From: Ophelia neglecta
Lineage: Eukaryota
Length of the DNA: 64,000 nucleotides
Assembly: GCA_965285935.1 (NCBI GenBank)
Contig: OZ260662.1
Location: 70,990,001-71,054,000 of the forward strand
Direction: 5' to 3'
A program made the position numbers and the translations under genes. Below, piece by piece: positions 1 to 15,000 of this stretch. Every line of letters begins with the position of its first letter. Position 1 is the stretch's first letter. Under the pieces are notes generated by a model that saw nothing but the letters and a program-made list of their open reading frames with translations, did not search any database and had not been told where the DNA came from.

Positions 1-39
1 TCCTTCGGGGAACACAGGGAATTCTCCGGGTTTAAATTG
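1..39 (-). CDS. A-module second exon, truncated by the window edge
   Basis: Acceptor at 40-41; [13 protein letters not shown]. Confidence 0.8.
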
Positions 40-3000
40 CTACAAAATATTAGTTCGGAATGAATTGTCATATATGCGATTATTTTCACTTTAATGCATG
101 CATTATCTCTAAAATATCACGGTACAGTATTTCCCAAATCGATCATCTATTAGATCTTACATCTGGTTCTTGGTCGCCATCCAGATCTAGAGGTACCCAA
201 GTGGTTGATCCCTCGGGCATAATGTATATTTCAAAGGTGTCAACATTTTCTGTCACAGGAATCAGCTTCCCAAGCTGTGGAGCCTCGGGATAACCATCAC
301 TAGTCAGATCAACTATAATTTCCTTGTTTGGTTCATCAACAGGAATGTTCAATGGGTCATTATCGCTTGGTCTCACAGAGCCGGTGCTCCCGGTAGGCAT
401 GTTAATGTTTTCGTCGGGGATTATTTGTGGATTGTCCATGCCATCTTCAACCGTGCAAGGTCCTTCTGGTAGGCGGATAATCAATTATTGTATTTATGTA
501 CTTTTACAGAATTGCAGAAAGGGTCCGTATTAGTTTGTCCTTTCTCAAGTTAGAAAACTGTTGTTATGTTGATTTTTGATGCAAATATGTTACATCTTGA
601 TAATTGATTACCTGTTGTTGTTTCTGGGGCGGTAGTAGTTCCTGGACTTGTGGTCGATACAGCAGTTGTAGTTCCTGAACAACAATTGTTGTTAGTAAAT
701 AAATAGATTTTTGTTTATGGATAGGTATGGGTGAATGAACTATCTTTAAACATGCATGTAAAAACCTGTATGTAGATAGTTTACTCTCATGCTTAAAATT
801 GGATTCAACGGCAATAGATACACTATCTGACTTTATTCTATGTAGGTGTGTGCTGCGGTGTTTATTCGAGGATGTCTATGAGTTCAAGTTATTTTCAAAT
901 GCGATGCTATGACTTTTATGGTCATGAATGATGAATCATGTTTGTTTCATTACATTCGACATTGTGTTTGATGCATTTCCGACTGCAAAACTGGTTAAAT
1001 ACTAGTATACAGTCAATGCGATAAACATTAACAATACCAAAAGCGAATATATTGCTTGAAACTACAAGGATGAGAACATGTTGGTGAACTGGTGACAGCC
1101 TTTCTTCGAAGAAAAAGGTTATGATCAATCTTCACATTGTCTTATAGACAGAAATACACTACCTGGATGATAACAGGCAGTTAGTTCGAAGGTGATCAAA
1201 ACAGGCAACGTTTCATCTAGAGGGTTGACGACAATTTTAATTTCTTCGGCAAAAGTTCCTTCGGGGAACTCAGGGGCCTCTCCAGGGCTAAATTGCTAAA
1301 AGAACATGTTTGCATATAGACTATTATATGCGATCCGGGTTTTAAATGTTGATACAGTCATTGTCTTTCAAATCAACGAAGCAGTATGTGTGAATGAAGT
1401 GCGTTTTTAAATCTTACATCTGGTTCCCCATCGCCATCAAGATCTAGAGGTATCCATGTTGTTGATCCCTCGGGCATAATGTATACTTCAAAAGTGTCGA
1501 CATTTTCTGTCACAGGAACCAGCTGTCCAAGGCTAGGAGCCCCGGGGTAGCCATCACTAGTCAGGTCAACTACAATTTCCTTGTTTGGTTCATCAGCAGG
1601 TATGGTCAATGGATCGTTATCACCTGGTCTCACAGAGCCGGTGCTTCCGCTTGGCACACTAATATTTTCGTCGGGAAGTATTTGTGGATTATCCATGCCA
1701 TCTTCAATCTGGCAAGGTCCTTCTGCCAGGTGGATATATTATATAAGATTTATGTTTCGGGGTGATTTCGAAGTAAGACATTCACTCATACATTCTACCT
1801 AAATAAATAAACTGTCATGATTCTTGTTTGAGAAAATATGAGATTTTCCAAGAGTAGGTTACCTGTTGTTGTACCCGGGGCAGATGTTGTTCCTGGACTA
1901 GTGGTCGATACTGCTGTTGTAGTTCCTAAGCAATTCAGAATGAATGTCAATCAAGAAACTTGTAATTATATAATGGATTATAAGTGTTAAATGTATCTAA
2001 TGTCAAAACACTTGCAGAGCTGATGATCAATCATTTTAAACTTGTTGGATCAGTAATTGTTCCAGAATGTATGATCTTTTGTGTATATACATTGGTCCCT
2101 TTGGACCATCTAAATTTGAAATATTGTCCATATGACGTTAATGTCATGCGCAACTTTGAAATAGCTGCATTAATATGAAGAGCTAAATCGCCAATTCACT
2201 GGTTGAAAAGAATGGGAATGAATTATATTCTTTTGAGTGAAATAGAAACACTTTTTTCGAGGCAAAAGGGATAGTTTAAAATACACATTGAAGTACACTA
2301 CCTGGATGATAACAAGCTGATAATTCGAAAGTGATCACTACAGGCGATGTTTCATCTACAGGGTCAAGAACAATTTTTACTTCTTCAGCGTATGTTCCTT
2401 CGGGGAATACAGGGGATTCTCCGGGTTTAAATTGCTACAAAATATTAGTTCGGAATGAATTGTCATATATGCGATTATTTTCACTTTAATGCATGCATTA
2501 TCTCTAAAATAACACGGTACAGTATTTCCCAAATCGATCATCTATTAAATCTTACATCTGGTTCTTGGTCGCCATCCAGATCTAGAGGTACCCAAGTGGT
2601 TGATCCCTCGGGCATTATGTATATTTCAAAGGTGTCAACATTTTCTGTCACAGGAATCAGCTTCCCAAGCTGTGGAGCCTCGGGATAACCATCACTAGTC
2701 AGATCAACTATAATTTCCTTGTTCGGTTCATCAACAGGAATGTTTAATGGGTCATTATCGCTTGGTCTCACAGAGCCGGTGCTCCCGGTAGGCATGTTAA
2801 TGTTTTCGTCGGGGATTATTTGTGGATTGTCCATGCCATCTTCAATCGTGCAAGGTCCTTCTGGTAGGCGGATAATCAATTATTGTATTTATGTACTTTT
2901 ACAGAATTGCAGAAAGGGTCCGTATTAGTTTGTCCTTTCTCAAGTTAGAAAACTGTTGTTATGTTGATTTTTGATGCAAATATGTTACATCTTGATAATT

Positions 3001-6000
3001 GATTACCTGTTGTTGTTTCTGGGGCGGTAGTAGTTCCTGGACTTGTGGTCGATACAGCAGTTGTAGTTCCTGAACAACAATTGTTGTTAGTAAATAAATA
3101 GATTTTTGTTTATGGATAGGTATGGGTGAATGAACTATCTTTAAACATGCATGTAAAAACCTGTATGTAGATAGTTTACTCTCATGCTTAAAATTGGATT
3201 CAACGGCAATAGATACACTATCTGACTTTATTCTATGTAGGTGTGTGCTGCAGTGTTTATTCGAGGATGTCTATGAGTTCAAGTTATTTTTAAATGCGAT
3301 GCTATGACTTTTATGGTCATGAATGATGAATCATGTTTGTTTCATTACATTCGACATTGTGTTTGATGCATTTCCGACTGCAAAACTGGTTAAATACTAG
3401 TATACAGTCAATGCGATAAACATTAACAATACCAAAAGCGAATATATTGCTTGAAACTACAAGGATGAGAACATGTTGGTGAACTGGTGACAGCCTTTCT
3501 TCGAAGAAAAAGGTTATGATAAATCTTCACATTGTCTTATAGACAGAAATACACTACCTGGATGATAACAGGCAGTTAGTTCGAAGGTGATCAAAACAGG
3601 CAACGTTTCATCTAGAGGGTTGACGACAATTTTAATTTCTTCGGCAAAAGTTCCTTCGGGGAACTCAGGGGCCTCTCCAGGGCTAAATTGCTAAAAGAAC
3701 ATGTTTGCATATAGACTATTATATGCGATCCGGGTTTTAAATGTTGACACAGTCATTGTCTTTCAAATCAACGAAGCAGTATGTGTGAATGAAGTGCGTT
3801 TTAAAATCTTACATCTGGTTCCCCATCGCCATCAAGATCTAGAGGTATCCATGTTGTTGATCCCTCGGGCATAATGTATACTTCAAAAGTGTCGACATTT
3901 TCTGTCACAGGAACCAGCTGTCCAAGGCTAGGAGCCCCGGGGTAGCCATCACTAGTCAGGTCAACTACAATTTCCTTGTTTGGTTCATCAGCAGGTATGT
4001 TCAATGGATCGTTATCACCTGGTCTCACAGAGCCGGTGCTTCCGCTTGGCACACTAATATTTTCGTCGGGAAGTATTTGGGGATTATCCATGCCATCTTC
4101 AATCTGGCAAGGTCCTTCTGCCAGGTGGATATATTATATAAGATTTATGTTTCGGGGTGATTTCGAAGTAAGACATTCACTCATACATTCTACCCTAATA
4201 AATAAACTGTCATGATTCTTGTTTGAGAAAATATGAGATTTTCCAAGAGTAGGTTACCTGTTGTTGTACCCGGGGCAGATGTTGTTCCTGGACTAGTGGT
4301 CGATACTGCTGTTGTAGTTCCTAAGCAATTCAGAATGAATGTCAATCAAGAAACTTGTAATTATATAATGGATTATAAGTGTTAAATGTATCTAATGTCA
4401 AAACACTTGCAGAGCTGATGATCAATCATTTTAAACTTGTTGGATCAGTAATTGTTCCAGAATGTATGATCTTTTGTGTATATACATTGATCCCTTTGGA
4501 CCATCTAAATTTGAAATATTGTACATATGACGATTATGTCATGCGCAACTTTGAAATAGCTGCATTAATATGAAGAGCTAAATCGCCAGTTCACTGTTTG
4601 AAAAGAATGGGAATGAATTATATTCTTTTGAGTGAAATAGAAACACTTTTTTCGAGGCAAAAGGGATCGTTTAAAATACACATTGAAGTACACTACCTGG
4701 ATGATAACAAGCTGATAATTCGAAAGTGATCACTACAGGCGATGTTTCATCTACAGGGTCAAGAACAATTTTTACTTCTTCAGCGTATGTTCCTTCGGGG
4801 AATACAGGGGATTCTCCGGGTTTAAATTGCTACAAAATATTAGTTCGGAATGAATTGTCATATATGCGATTATTTTCACTTTAATGCATGCATTATCTCT
4901 AAAATAACACGGTACAGTATTTCCCAAATCGATCATCTATTAAATCTTACATCTGGTTCTTGGTCGCCATCCAGATCTAGAGGTACCCAAGTGGTTGATC
5001 CCTCGGGCATTATGTATATTTCAAAGGTGTCAACATTTTCTGTCACAGGAATCAGCTTCCCAAGCTGTGGAGCCTCGGGATAACCATCACTAGTCAGATC
5101 AACTATAATTTCCTTGTTTGGTTCATCAACAGGAATGTTTAATGGGTCATTATCGCTTGGTCTCACAGAGCCGGTGCTCCCGGTAGGCATGTTAATGTTT
5201 TCGTCGGGGATTATTTGTGGATTGTCCATGCCATCTTCAATCGTGCAAGGTCCTTCTGGTAGGCGGATAATCAATTATTGTATTTATGTACTTTTACAGA
5301 ATTGCAGAAAGGGTCCGTATTAGTTTGTCCTTTCTCAAGTTAGAAAACTGTTGTTATGTTGATTTTTGATGCAAATATGTTACATCTTGATAATTGATTA
5401 CCTGTTGTTGTTTCTGGGGCGGTAGTAGTTCCTGGACTTGTGGTCGATACAGCAGTTGTAGTTCCTGAACAACAATTGTTGTTAGTAAATAAATAGATTT
5501 TTGTTTATGGATAGGTATGGGTGAATGAACTATCTTTAAACATGCATGTAAAAACCTGTATGTAGATAGTTTACTCACATGCTTAAAATTGGATTCAACG
5601 GCAATAGATACACTATCTGACTTTATTCTATGTAGGTGTGTGCTGCAGTGTTTATTCGAGGATGTCTATGAGTTCAAGTTATTTTTAAATGCGATGCTAT
5701 GACTTTTATGGTCATGAATGATGAATCATGTTTGTTTCATTACATTCGACATTGTGTTTGATGCATTTCCGACTGCAAAACTGGTTAAATACTAGTATAC
5801 AGTCAATGCGATAAACATTAACAATACCAAAAGCGAATATATTGCTTGAAACTACAAGGATGAGAACATGTTGGTGAACTGGTGACAGCCTTTCTTCGAA
5901 GAAAAAGGTTATGATAAATCTTCACATTGTCTTATAGACAGAAATACACTACCTGGATGATAACAGGCAGTTAGTTCGAAGGTGATCAAAACAGGCAACG

Positions 6001-9000
6001 TTTCATCTAGAGGGTTGACGACAATTTTAATTTCTTCGGCAAAAGTTCCTTCGGGGAACTCAGGGGCCTCTCCAGGGCTAAATTGCTAAAAGAACATGTT
6101 TGCATATAGACTATTATATGCGATCCGGGTTTTAAATGTTGACACAGTCATTGTCTTTCAAATCAACGAAGCAGTATGTGTGAATGAAGTGCGTTTTAAA
6201 ATCTTACATCTGGTTCCCCATCGCCATCAAGATCTAGAGGTATCCATGTTGTTGATCCCTCGGGCATAATGTATACTTCAAAAGTGTCGACATTTTCTGT
6301 CACAGGAACCAGCTGTCCAAGGCTAGGAGCCCCGGGGTAGCCATCACTAGTCAGGTCAACTACAATTTCCTTGTTTGGTTCATCAGCAGGTATGTTCAAT
6401 GGATCGTTATCACCTGGTCTCACAGAGCCGGTGCTTCCGCTTGGCACACTAATATTTTCGTCGGGAAGTATTTGGGGATTATCCATGCCATCTTCAATCT
6501 GGCAAGGTCCTTCTGCCAGGTGGATATATTATATAAGATTTATGTTTCGGGGTGATTTCGAAGTAAGACATTCACTCATACATTCTACCCTAATAAATAA
6601 ACTGTCATGATTCTTGTTTGAGAAAATATGAGATTTTCCAAGAGTAGGTTACCTGTTGTTGTACCCGGGGCAGATGTTGTTCCTGGACTAGTGGTCGATA
6701 CTGCTGTTGTAGTTCCTAAGCAATTCAGAATGAATGTCAATCAAGAAACTTGTAATTATATAATGGATTATAAGTGTTAAATGTATCTAATGTCAAAACA
6801 CTTGCAGAGCTGATGATCAATCATTTTAAACTTGTTGGATCAGTAATTGTTCCAGAATGTATGATCTTTTGTGTATATACATTGGTCCCTTTGGACCATC
6901 TAAATTTGAAATATTGTACATATGACGTTTATGTCATGCGCAACTTTGAAATAGCTGCATTAATATGAAGAGCTAAATCGCCAGTTCACTGGTTGAAAAG
7001 AATGGGAATGAATTATATTCTTTTGAGTGAAATAGAAACACTTTTTTCGAGGCAAAAAGGATCGTTTAAAATACACATTGAAGTACACTACCTGGATGAT
7101 AACAAGCTGATAATTCGAAAGTGATCACTACAGGCGATGTTTCATCTACAGGGTCAAGAACAATTTTTACTTGTCCAGCGTATGTTCCTTCGGGGAACAC
7201 AGGGGATTCTCCGGGTTTAAATTGCTACAAAATATTAGTTCGGAATGAATTGTCATATATGCGATTATTTTCACTTTAATGCATGCATTATCTCTAAAAT
7301 AACACGGTACAGTATTTCCCAAATCGATCATCTATTAAATCTTACATCTGGTTCTTGGTCGCCATCCAGATCTAGAGGTACCCAAATGGTTGATCCCTCG
7401 GGCATTATGTATATTTCAAAGGTGTCAACATTTTCTGTCACAGGAATCAGCTTCCCAAGCTGTGGAGCCTCGGGATAACCATCACTAGTCAGATCAACTA
7501 TAATTTCCTTGTTTGGTTCATCAACAGGAATGTTTAATGGGTCATTATCGCTTGGTCTCACAGAGCCGGTGCTCCCGGTAGGCATGTTAATGTTTTCGTC
7601 GGGGATTATTTGTGGATTGTCCATGCCATCTTCAATCGTGCAAGGTCCTTCTGGTAGGCGGATAATCAATTATTGTATTTATGTACTTTTACAGAATTGC
7701 AGAATGGGTCCGTATTAGTTTGTCCTTTCTCAAGTTAGAAAACTGTTGTTATGTTGATATTTGATGCAAATATGTTACATCTTGATAATTGATTACCTGT
7801 TGTTGTTTCTGGGGCGGTAGTAGTTCCTGGACTTGTGGTCGATACAGCAGTTGTAGTTCCTGAACAACAATTGTTGTTAGTAAATAAATAGATTTTTGTT
7901 TATGGATAGGTATGGGTGAATGAACTATCTTTAAACATGCATGTAAAAACCTGTATGTAGATAGTTTACTTTCATGCTTAAAATTGGATTCAACGGCAAT
8001 AGATACACTATCTGACTTTATTCTATGTAGGTGTGTGCTGCAGTGTTTATTCGAGGATGTCTATGAGTTCAAGTTATTTTTAAATGCGATGCTATGACTT
8101 TTATGGTCATGAATGATGAATCATGTTTGTTTCATTACATTCGACATTGTGTTTGATGCATTTCAAACTGCAAAACTGGTTAAATACTAGTATACAGTCA
8201 ATGCGATAAACATTAACAATACCAAAAGCGAATATATTGCTTGAAACTACAAGGATGAGAACATGTTGGTGAACTGGTGACAGCCTTTCTTCGAAGAAAA
8301 AGGTTATGATCAATCTTCACATTGTCTTATAGACAGAAATACACTACCTGGATGATAACAGGCAGTTAGTTCGAAGGTGATCAAAACAGGCAACGTTTCA
8401 TCTAGAGGGTTGACGACAATTTTAATTTCTTCGGCAAAAGTTCCTTCGGGGAACTCAGGGGCCTCTCCAGGGCTAAATTGCTAAAAGAACATGTTTGCAT
8501 ATAGACTATTATATGCGATCCGGGTTTTAAATGTTGATACAGTCATTGTCTTTCAATTCAACGAAGCAGTATGTGTGAATGAAGTGCGTTTTTAAATCTT
8601 ACATCTGGTTCCCCATCGCCATCAAGATCTAGAGGTATCCATGTTGTTGATCCCTCGGGCATAATGTATACTTCAAAAGTGTCGACATTTTCTGTCACAG
8701 GAACCAGCTGTCCAAGGCTAGGAGCCCCGGGGTAGCCATCACTAGTCAGGTCAACTACAATTTCCTTGTTTGGTTCATCAGCAGGTATGGTCAATGGATC
8801 GTTATCACCTGGTCTCACAGAGCCGGTGCTTCCGCTTGGCACACTAATATTTTCGTCGGGAAGTATTTGGGGATTATCCATGCCATCTTCAATCTGGCAA
8901 GGTCCTTCTGCCAGGTGGATATATTATATAAGATTTATGTTTCGGGGTGATTTCGAAGTAAGACATTCACTCATACATTCTACCTAAATAAATAAACTGT

Positions 9001-12000
9001 CATGATTCTTGTTTGAGAAAATATGAGATTTTCCAAGAGTAGGTTACCTGTTGTTGTACCCGGGGCAGATGTTGTTCCTGGACTAGTGGTCGATACTGCT
9101 GTTGTAGTTCCTAAGCAATTCAGAATGAATGTCAATCAAGAAACTTGTAATTATATAATGGATTATAAGTGTTAAATGTATCTAATGTCAAAACACTTGC
9201 AGAGCTGATGATCAATCATTTTAAACTTGTTGGATCAGTAATTGTTCCAGAATGTATGACCTTTTGTGTATATACATTGGTCTAAATTTGAAATATTGTC
9301 CATATGACGTTAATGTCATGCGCAACTTTGAAATAGCTGCATTAATATGAAGAGCTAAATCGCCAATTCACTGGTTGAAAAGAATGGGAATGAATTATAT
9401 TATTTTGAAAGAAATAGAAACACTTTTTTCGAGGCAAAAGGGATAGTTTAAAATACACATTGAAGTACACTACCTGGATGATAACAAGCTGATAATTCGA
9501 AAGTGATCACTACAGGCGATGTTTCATCTACAGGGTCAAGAACAATTTTTACTTCTTCAGCGTATGTTCCTTCGGGGAACACAGGGGATTCTCCGGGTTT
9601 AAATTGCTACAAAATATTAGTTCGGAATGAATTGTCATATATGCGATTATTTTCACTTTAATGCATGCATTATCTCTAAAATAACACAGTACAGTATTTC
9701 CAAAATCGATCATCTATTAAATCTTACATCTGGTTCTTGGTCGCCATCCAGATCTAGAGGTACCCAAGTGGTTGATCCCTCGGGCATAATGTATATTTCA
9801 AAGGTGTCAACATTTTCTGTCACAGGAATCAGCTTCCCAAGCTGTGGAGCCTCGGGATAACCATCACTAGTCAGATCAACTATAATTTCCTTGTTTGGTT
9901 CATCAACAGGAATGTTCAATGGGTCATTATCGCTTGGTCTCACAGAGCCGGTGCTCCCGGTAGGCATGTTAATGTTTTCGTCGGGGATTATTTGTGGATT
10001 GTCCATGCCATCTTCAATCGTGCAAGGTCCTTCTGGTAGGCGGATAATCAATTATTGTATTTATGTACTTTTACAGAATTGCCGAAAGGGACCGTATTAG
10101 TTTGTCCTTTCTCAAGTTAGAAAACTGTTGTTATGTTGATTTTTGATGCCAATATGTTACATCTTGATAATTGATTACCTGTTGTTGTTTCTGGGGCGGT
10201 AGTGGTTCCTGGACTTGTGGTCGATACAGCAGTTGTAGTTCCTGAACAACATTTGTTGTTAGTAAATAAACAGCATTTTGTTTATTGAAAGGTATGGGCG
10301 AATGAAATATCTTTAAACATGCATGTAAAAACCAGTATGTAGATAGTTTACTCTCATGTATAACATTGGAATCATCGGCAATAGATTCACTATCTGACTA
10401 TATTCTATGTAGGTGTGTACTGCGGTGTTTAGTCGAGGATGTCTATGAGTTCAAGTTGTTTTTAAATGCGATTCTATGACTTTTATGGTTATGAATGATG
10501 AATCATGTTTGTTTCATTACATTCGACATTGTGTTTGATGCATTTCCGACTGCAAAACTGGTTAAATACTAGTATACAGTCAATGCGATAAACATTAACA
10601 ATACCAAAAGCGAATATATTGCTTGAAACTACAAGGATGAGTACATGTTGGTGAACTCGTGACAGCCTTTCTTCGAAGAAAAAGGTCATGATCAATCTTC
10701 ACATTGTCTTATAGACAGAAATACACTACCTGGATGATAACAGGCAGTTAGTTCGAAGGTGATCAAAACAGGCAACGTTTCATCTAGAGGGTTGACGACA
10801 ATTTTAATTTCTTCGGCAAAAGTTCCTTCGGGGAACTCAGGGGCCTCTCCAGGGCTAAATTGCTAAAAGAACATGTTTGCATATAGACTATTCTATGCGA
10901 TCCGGGTTTTAAATGTTGATACAGTCATTATCTTTCAAATCAACGAAGCAGTATGGGTGAATGAAGTGCGTTTTAAAATCTTACATCTGGTTCCCCATCG
11001 CCATCAAGATCTAGAGGTATCCATGTTGTTGATCCCTCGGGCATAATGTATACTTCAAAAGTGTCGACATTTTCTGTCACAGGAACCAGCTGTCCAAGGC
11101 TAGGAGCCCCGGGGTAGCCATCACTAGTCAGGTCAACTACAATTTCCTTGTTTGGTTCATCAGCAGGTATGGTCAATGGATCGTTATCACCTGGTCTCAC
11201 AGAGCCGGTGCTTCCGCTTGGCACACTAATATTTTCGTCGGGAAGTATTTGGGGATTATCCATGCCATCTTCAATCTGGCAAGGTCCTTCTGCCAGGTGG
11301 ATATATTATATAAGATTTATGTTTCGGGGTGATTTCGAAGTAAGACATTCACTCATACATTCTACCTAAATAAATAAACTGTCATGATTCTTGTTTGAGA
11401 AAATATGAGATTTTCCAAGAGTAGGTTACCTGTTGTTGTACCCGGGGCAGATGTTGTTCCTGGACTAGTGGTCGATACTGCTGTTGTAGTTCCTAAGCAA
11501 TTCAGAATGAATGTCAATCAAGAAACTTGTAATTATATAATGGATTATAAGTGTTAAATGTATCTTATGTCAAAACACTTGCAGAGCTGATGATCAATCA
11601 TTTTAAACTTGTTGGATCAGTAATTGTTCCAGAATGTATGATCTTTTGTGTATATACATTGGTCCCTTTGGACCATCTAAATTTGAAATATTGTTCATAT
11701 GACGTTAATGTCATGCGCAACTTTGAAATAGCTGCATTAATATGAAGAGCTAAATCGCCAATTCACTGGTTGAAAAGAATGGGAATGAATTATATTCTTT
11801 TGAATGAAATAGAAACACTTTTTTCGAGGCAAAAGGGATAGTTTAAAATACACATTGAAGTACACTACCTGGATGATAACAAGCTGATAATTCGAAAGTG
11901 ATCACTACAGGCGATGTTTCATCTACAGGGTCAAGAACAATTTTTACTTCTTCAGCGTATGTTCCTTCGGGGAACACAGGGGATTCTCCGGGTTTAAATT

Positions 12001-15000
12001 GCTACAAAATATTGGTTCGGAATGAATTGTCATATATGCGATTATTTTCACTTTAATGCATGCATTATCTCTAAAATAACACGGTACAGTATTTCCCAAA
12101 TCGATCATCTATTAGATCTTACATCTGGTTCTTGGTCGCCATCCAGATCTAGAGGTACCCAAGTGGTTGATCCCTCGGGCATAATGTATATTTCAAAGGT
12201 GTCAACATTTTCTGTCACAGGAATCAGCTTCCCAAGCTGTGGAGCCTCGGGATAACCATCACTAGTCAGATCAACTATAATTTCCTTGTTTGGTTCATCA
12301 ACAGGAATGTTCAATGGGTCGTTATCGCTTGGTCTCACAGAGCCGGTGCTCCCGGTAGGCATGTTAATGTTTTCGTCGGGGATTATTTGTGGATTGTCCA
12401 TGCCATCTTCAATCGTGCAAGGTCCTTCTGGTAGGCGGATAATCAATTATTGTATTTATGTACTTTTACAAAATTGCAGAAAGGGACCGTATTAGTTTGT
12501 CCTTTCTCAAGTTAGAAAACTGTTGTTATGTTGATTTTTGATGCCAATATGTTACATCTTGATAATTGATTACCTGTTGTTGTTTCTGGGGCGGTAGTGG
12601 TTCCTGGACTTGTGGTCGATACAGCAGTTGTAGTTCCTGAACAACATTTGTTGTTAGTAAATAAACAGCATTTTGTTTATTGAAAGGTATGGGCGAATGA
12701 AATATCTTTAAACATGCATGTAAAAACCAGTATGTAGATAGTTTACTCTCATGTATAACATTGGAATCATCGGCAATAGATTCACTATCTGACTATATTC
12801 TATGTAGGTGTGTACTGCGGTGTTTAGTCGAGGATGTCTATGAGTTCAAGTTGTTTTTAAATGCGATTCTATGACTTTTATGGTTATGAATGATGAATCA
12901 TGTTTGTTTCATTACATTCGACATTGTGTTTGATGCATTTCCGACTGCAAAACTGGTTAAATACTAGTATACAGTCAATGCGATAAACATTAATAATACC
13001 AAAAGCGAATATATTGCTTGAAACTACAAGGATGAGTACATGTTGGTGAACTCGTGACAGCCTTTCTTCGAAGAAAAAGGTCATGATCAATCTTCACATT
13101 GTCTTATAGACAGAAATACACTACCTGGATGATAACAGGCAGTTAGTTCGAAGGTGATCAAAACAGGCAACGTTTCATCTAGAGGGTTGACGACAATTTT
13201 AATTTCTTCGGCAAAAGTTCCTTCGGGGAACTCAGGGGCCTCTCCAGGGCTAAATTGCTAAAAGAACATGTTTCCATATAGACTATTCTATGCGATCCGG
13301 GTTTTAAATGTTGATACAGTCATTATCTTTCAAATCAACGAAGCAGTATGGGTGAATGAAGTGCGTTTTAAAATCTTACATCTGGTTCCCCATCGCCATC
13401 AAGATCTAGAGGTATCCATGTTGTTGATCCCTCGGGCATAATGTATACTTCAAAAGTGTCGACATTTTCTGTCACAGGAACCAGCTGTCCAAGGCTAGGA
13501 GCCCCGGGGTAGCCATCACTAGTCAGGTCAACTACAATTTCCTTGTTTGGTTCATCAGCAGGTATGTTCAATGGATCGTTATCACCTGGTCTCACAGAGC
13601 CGGTGCTTCCGCTTGGCACACTAATATTTTCGTCGGGAAGTATTTGTGGATTATCCATGCCATCTTCAATCTGGCAAGGTCCTTCTGCCAGGTGGATATA
13701 TTATAAAAGATTTATGTTTCGGGGTGATTTCGAAGTAAGACATTCACTCATACATTCTACCTAAATAAATAAACTGTCATGATTCTTGTTTGAGAAAATA
13801 TGAGATTTTCCAAGAGTAGGTTACCTGTTGTTGTACCCGGGGCAGATGTTGTTCCTGGACTAGTGGTCGATACTGCTGTTGTAGTTCCTAAGCAATTCAG
13901 AATGAATGTCAATCAAGAAACTTGTAATTATATAATGGATTATAAAAGTTAAATGTATCTAATGTCAAAACACTTGCAGAGCTGATGATCAATCATTTTA
14001 AACTGGTTGGATCAGTAATTGTTCCAGAATGTATGATCTTTTGTGTATATACATTGGTCCCTTTGGACCATCTAAATTTGAAATATTGTTCATATGACGT
14101 TAATGTCATGCGCAACTTTGAAATAGCTGCATTAATATGAAGAGCTAAATCGCCAATTCACTGGTTGAAAAGAATGGGAATGAATTATATTCTTTTGAAT
14201 GAAATAGAAACTTTTTCTAAGAGGCAAAAGGGATAGTTTAAAATACACATTGAAGTACACTACCTGGATGATAACAAGCTGATAATTCGAAAGTGATCAC
14301 TACAGGCGATGTTGCATCTACAGGGTCAAGAACAATTTTTACTTCTTCAGCGTATGTTCCTTCGGGGAACACAGGGGATTCTCCGGGTTTAAATTGCTAC
14401 AAAATATTAGTTCGGAATGAATTGTCATATATGCGATTATTTTCACTTTAATGCATGCATTATCTCTAAAATAACACGGTACAGTATTTCCAAAATCGAT
14501 CATCTATTAGATCTTACATCTGGTTCTTGGTCGCCATCCAGATCTAGAGGTACCCAAGTGGTTGATCCCTCGGGCATAATGTATATTTCAAAGGTGTCAA
14601 CATTTTCTGTCACAGGAATCAGCTTCCCAAGCTGTGGAGCCTCGGGATAACCATCACTAGTCAGATCAACTATAATTTCCTTGTTTGGTTCATCAACAGG
14701 AATGTTCAATGGGTCGTTATCGCTTGGTCTCACAGAGCCGGTGCTCCCGGTAGGCATGTTAATGTTTTCGTCGGGGATTATTTGTGGATTGTCCATGCCA
14801 TCTTCAATCGTGCAAGGTCCTTCTGGTAGGCGGATAATCAATTATTGTATTTATGTACTTTTACAGAATTGCAGAAAGGGTCCGTATTAGTTTGTCCTTT
14901 CTCAAGTTAGAAAACTGTTGTTATGTTGATTTTTGATGCCAATATGTTACATCTTGATAATTGATTACCTGTTGTTGTTTCTGGGGCGGTAGTGGTTCCT

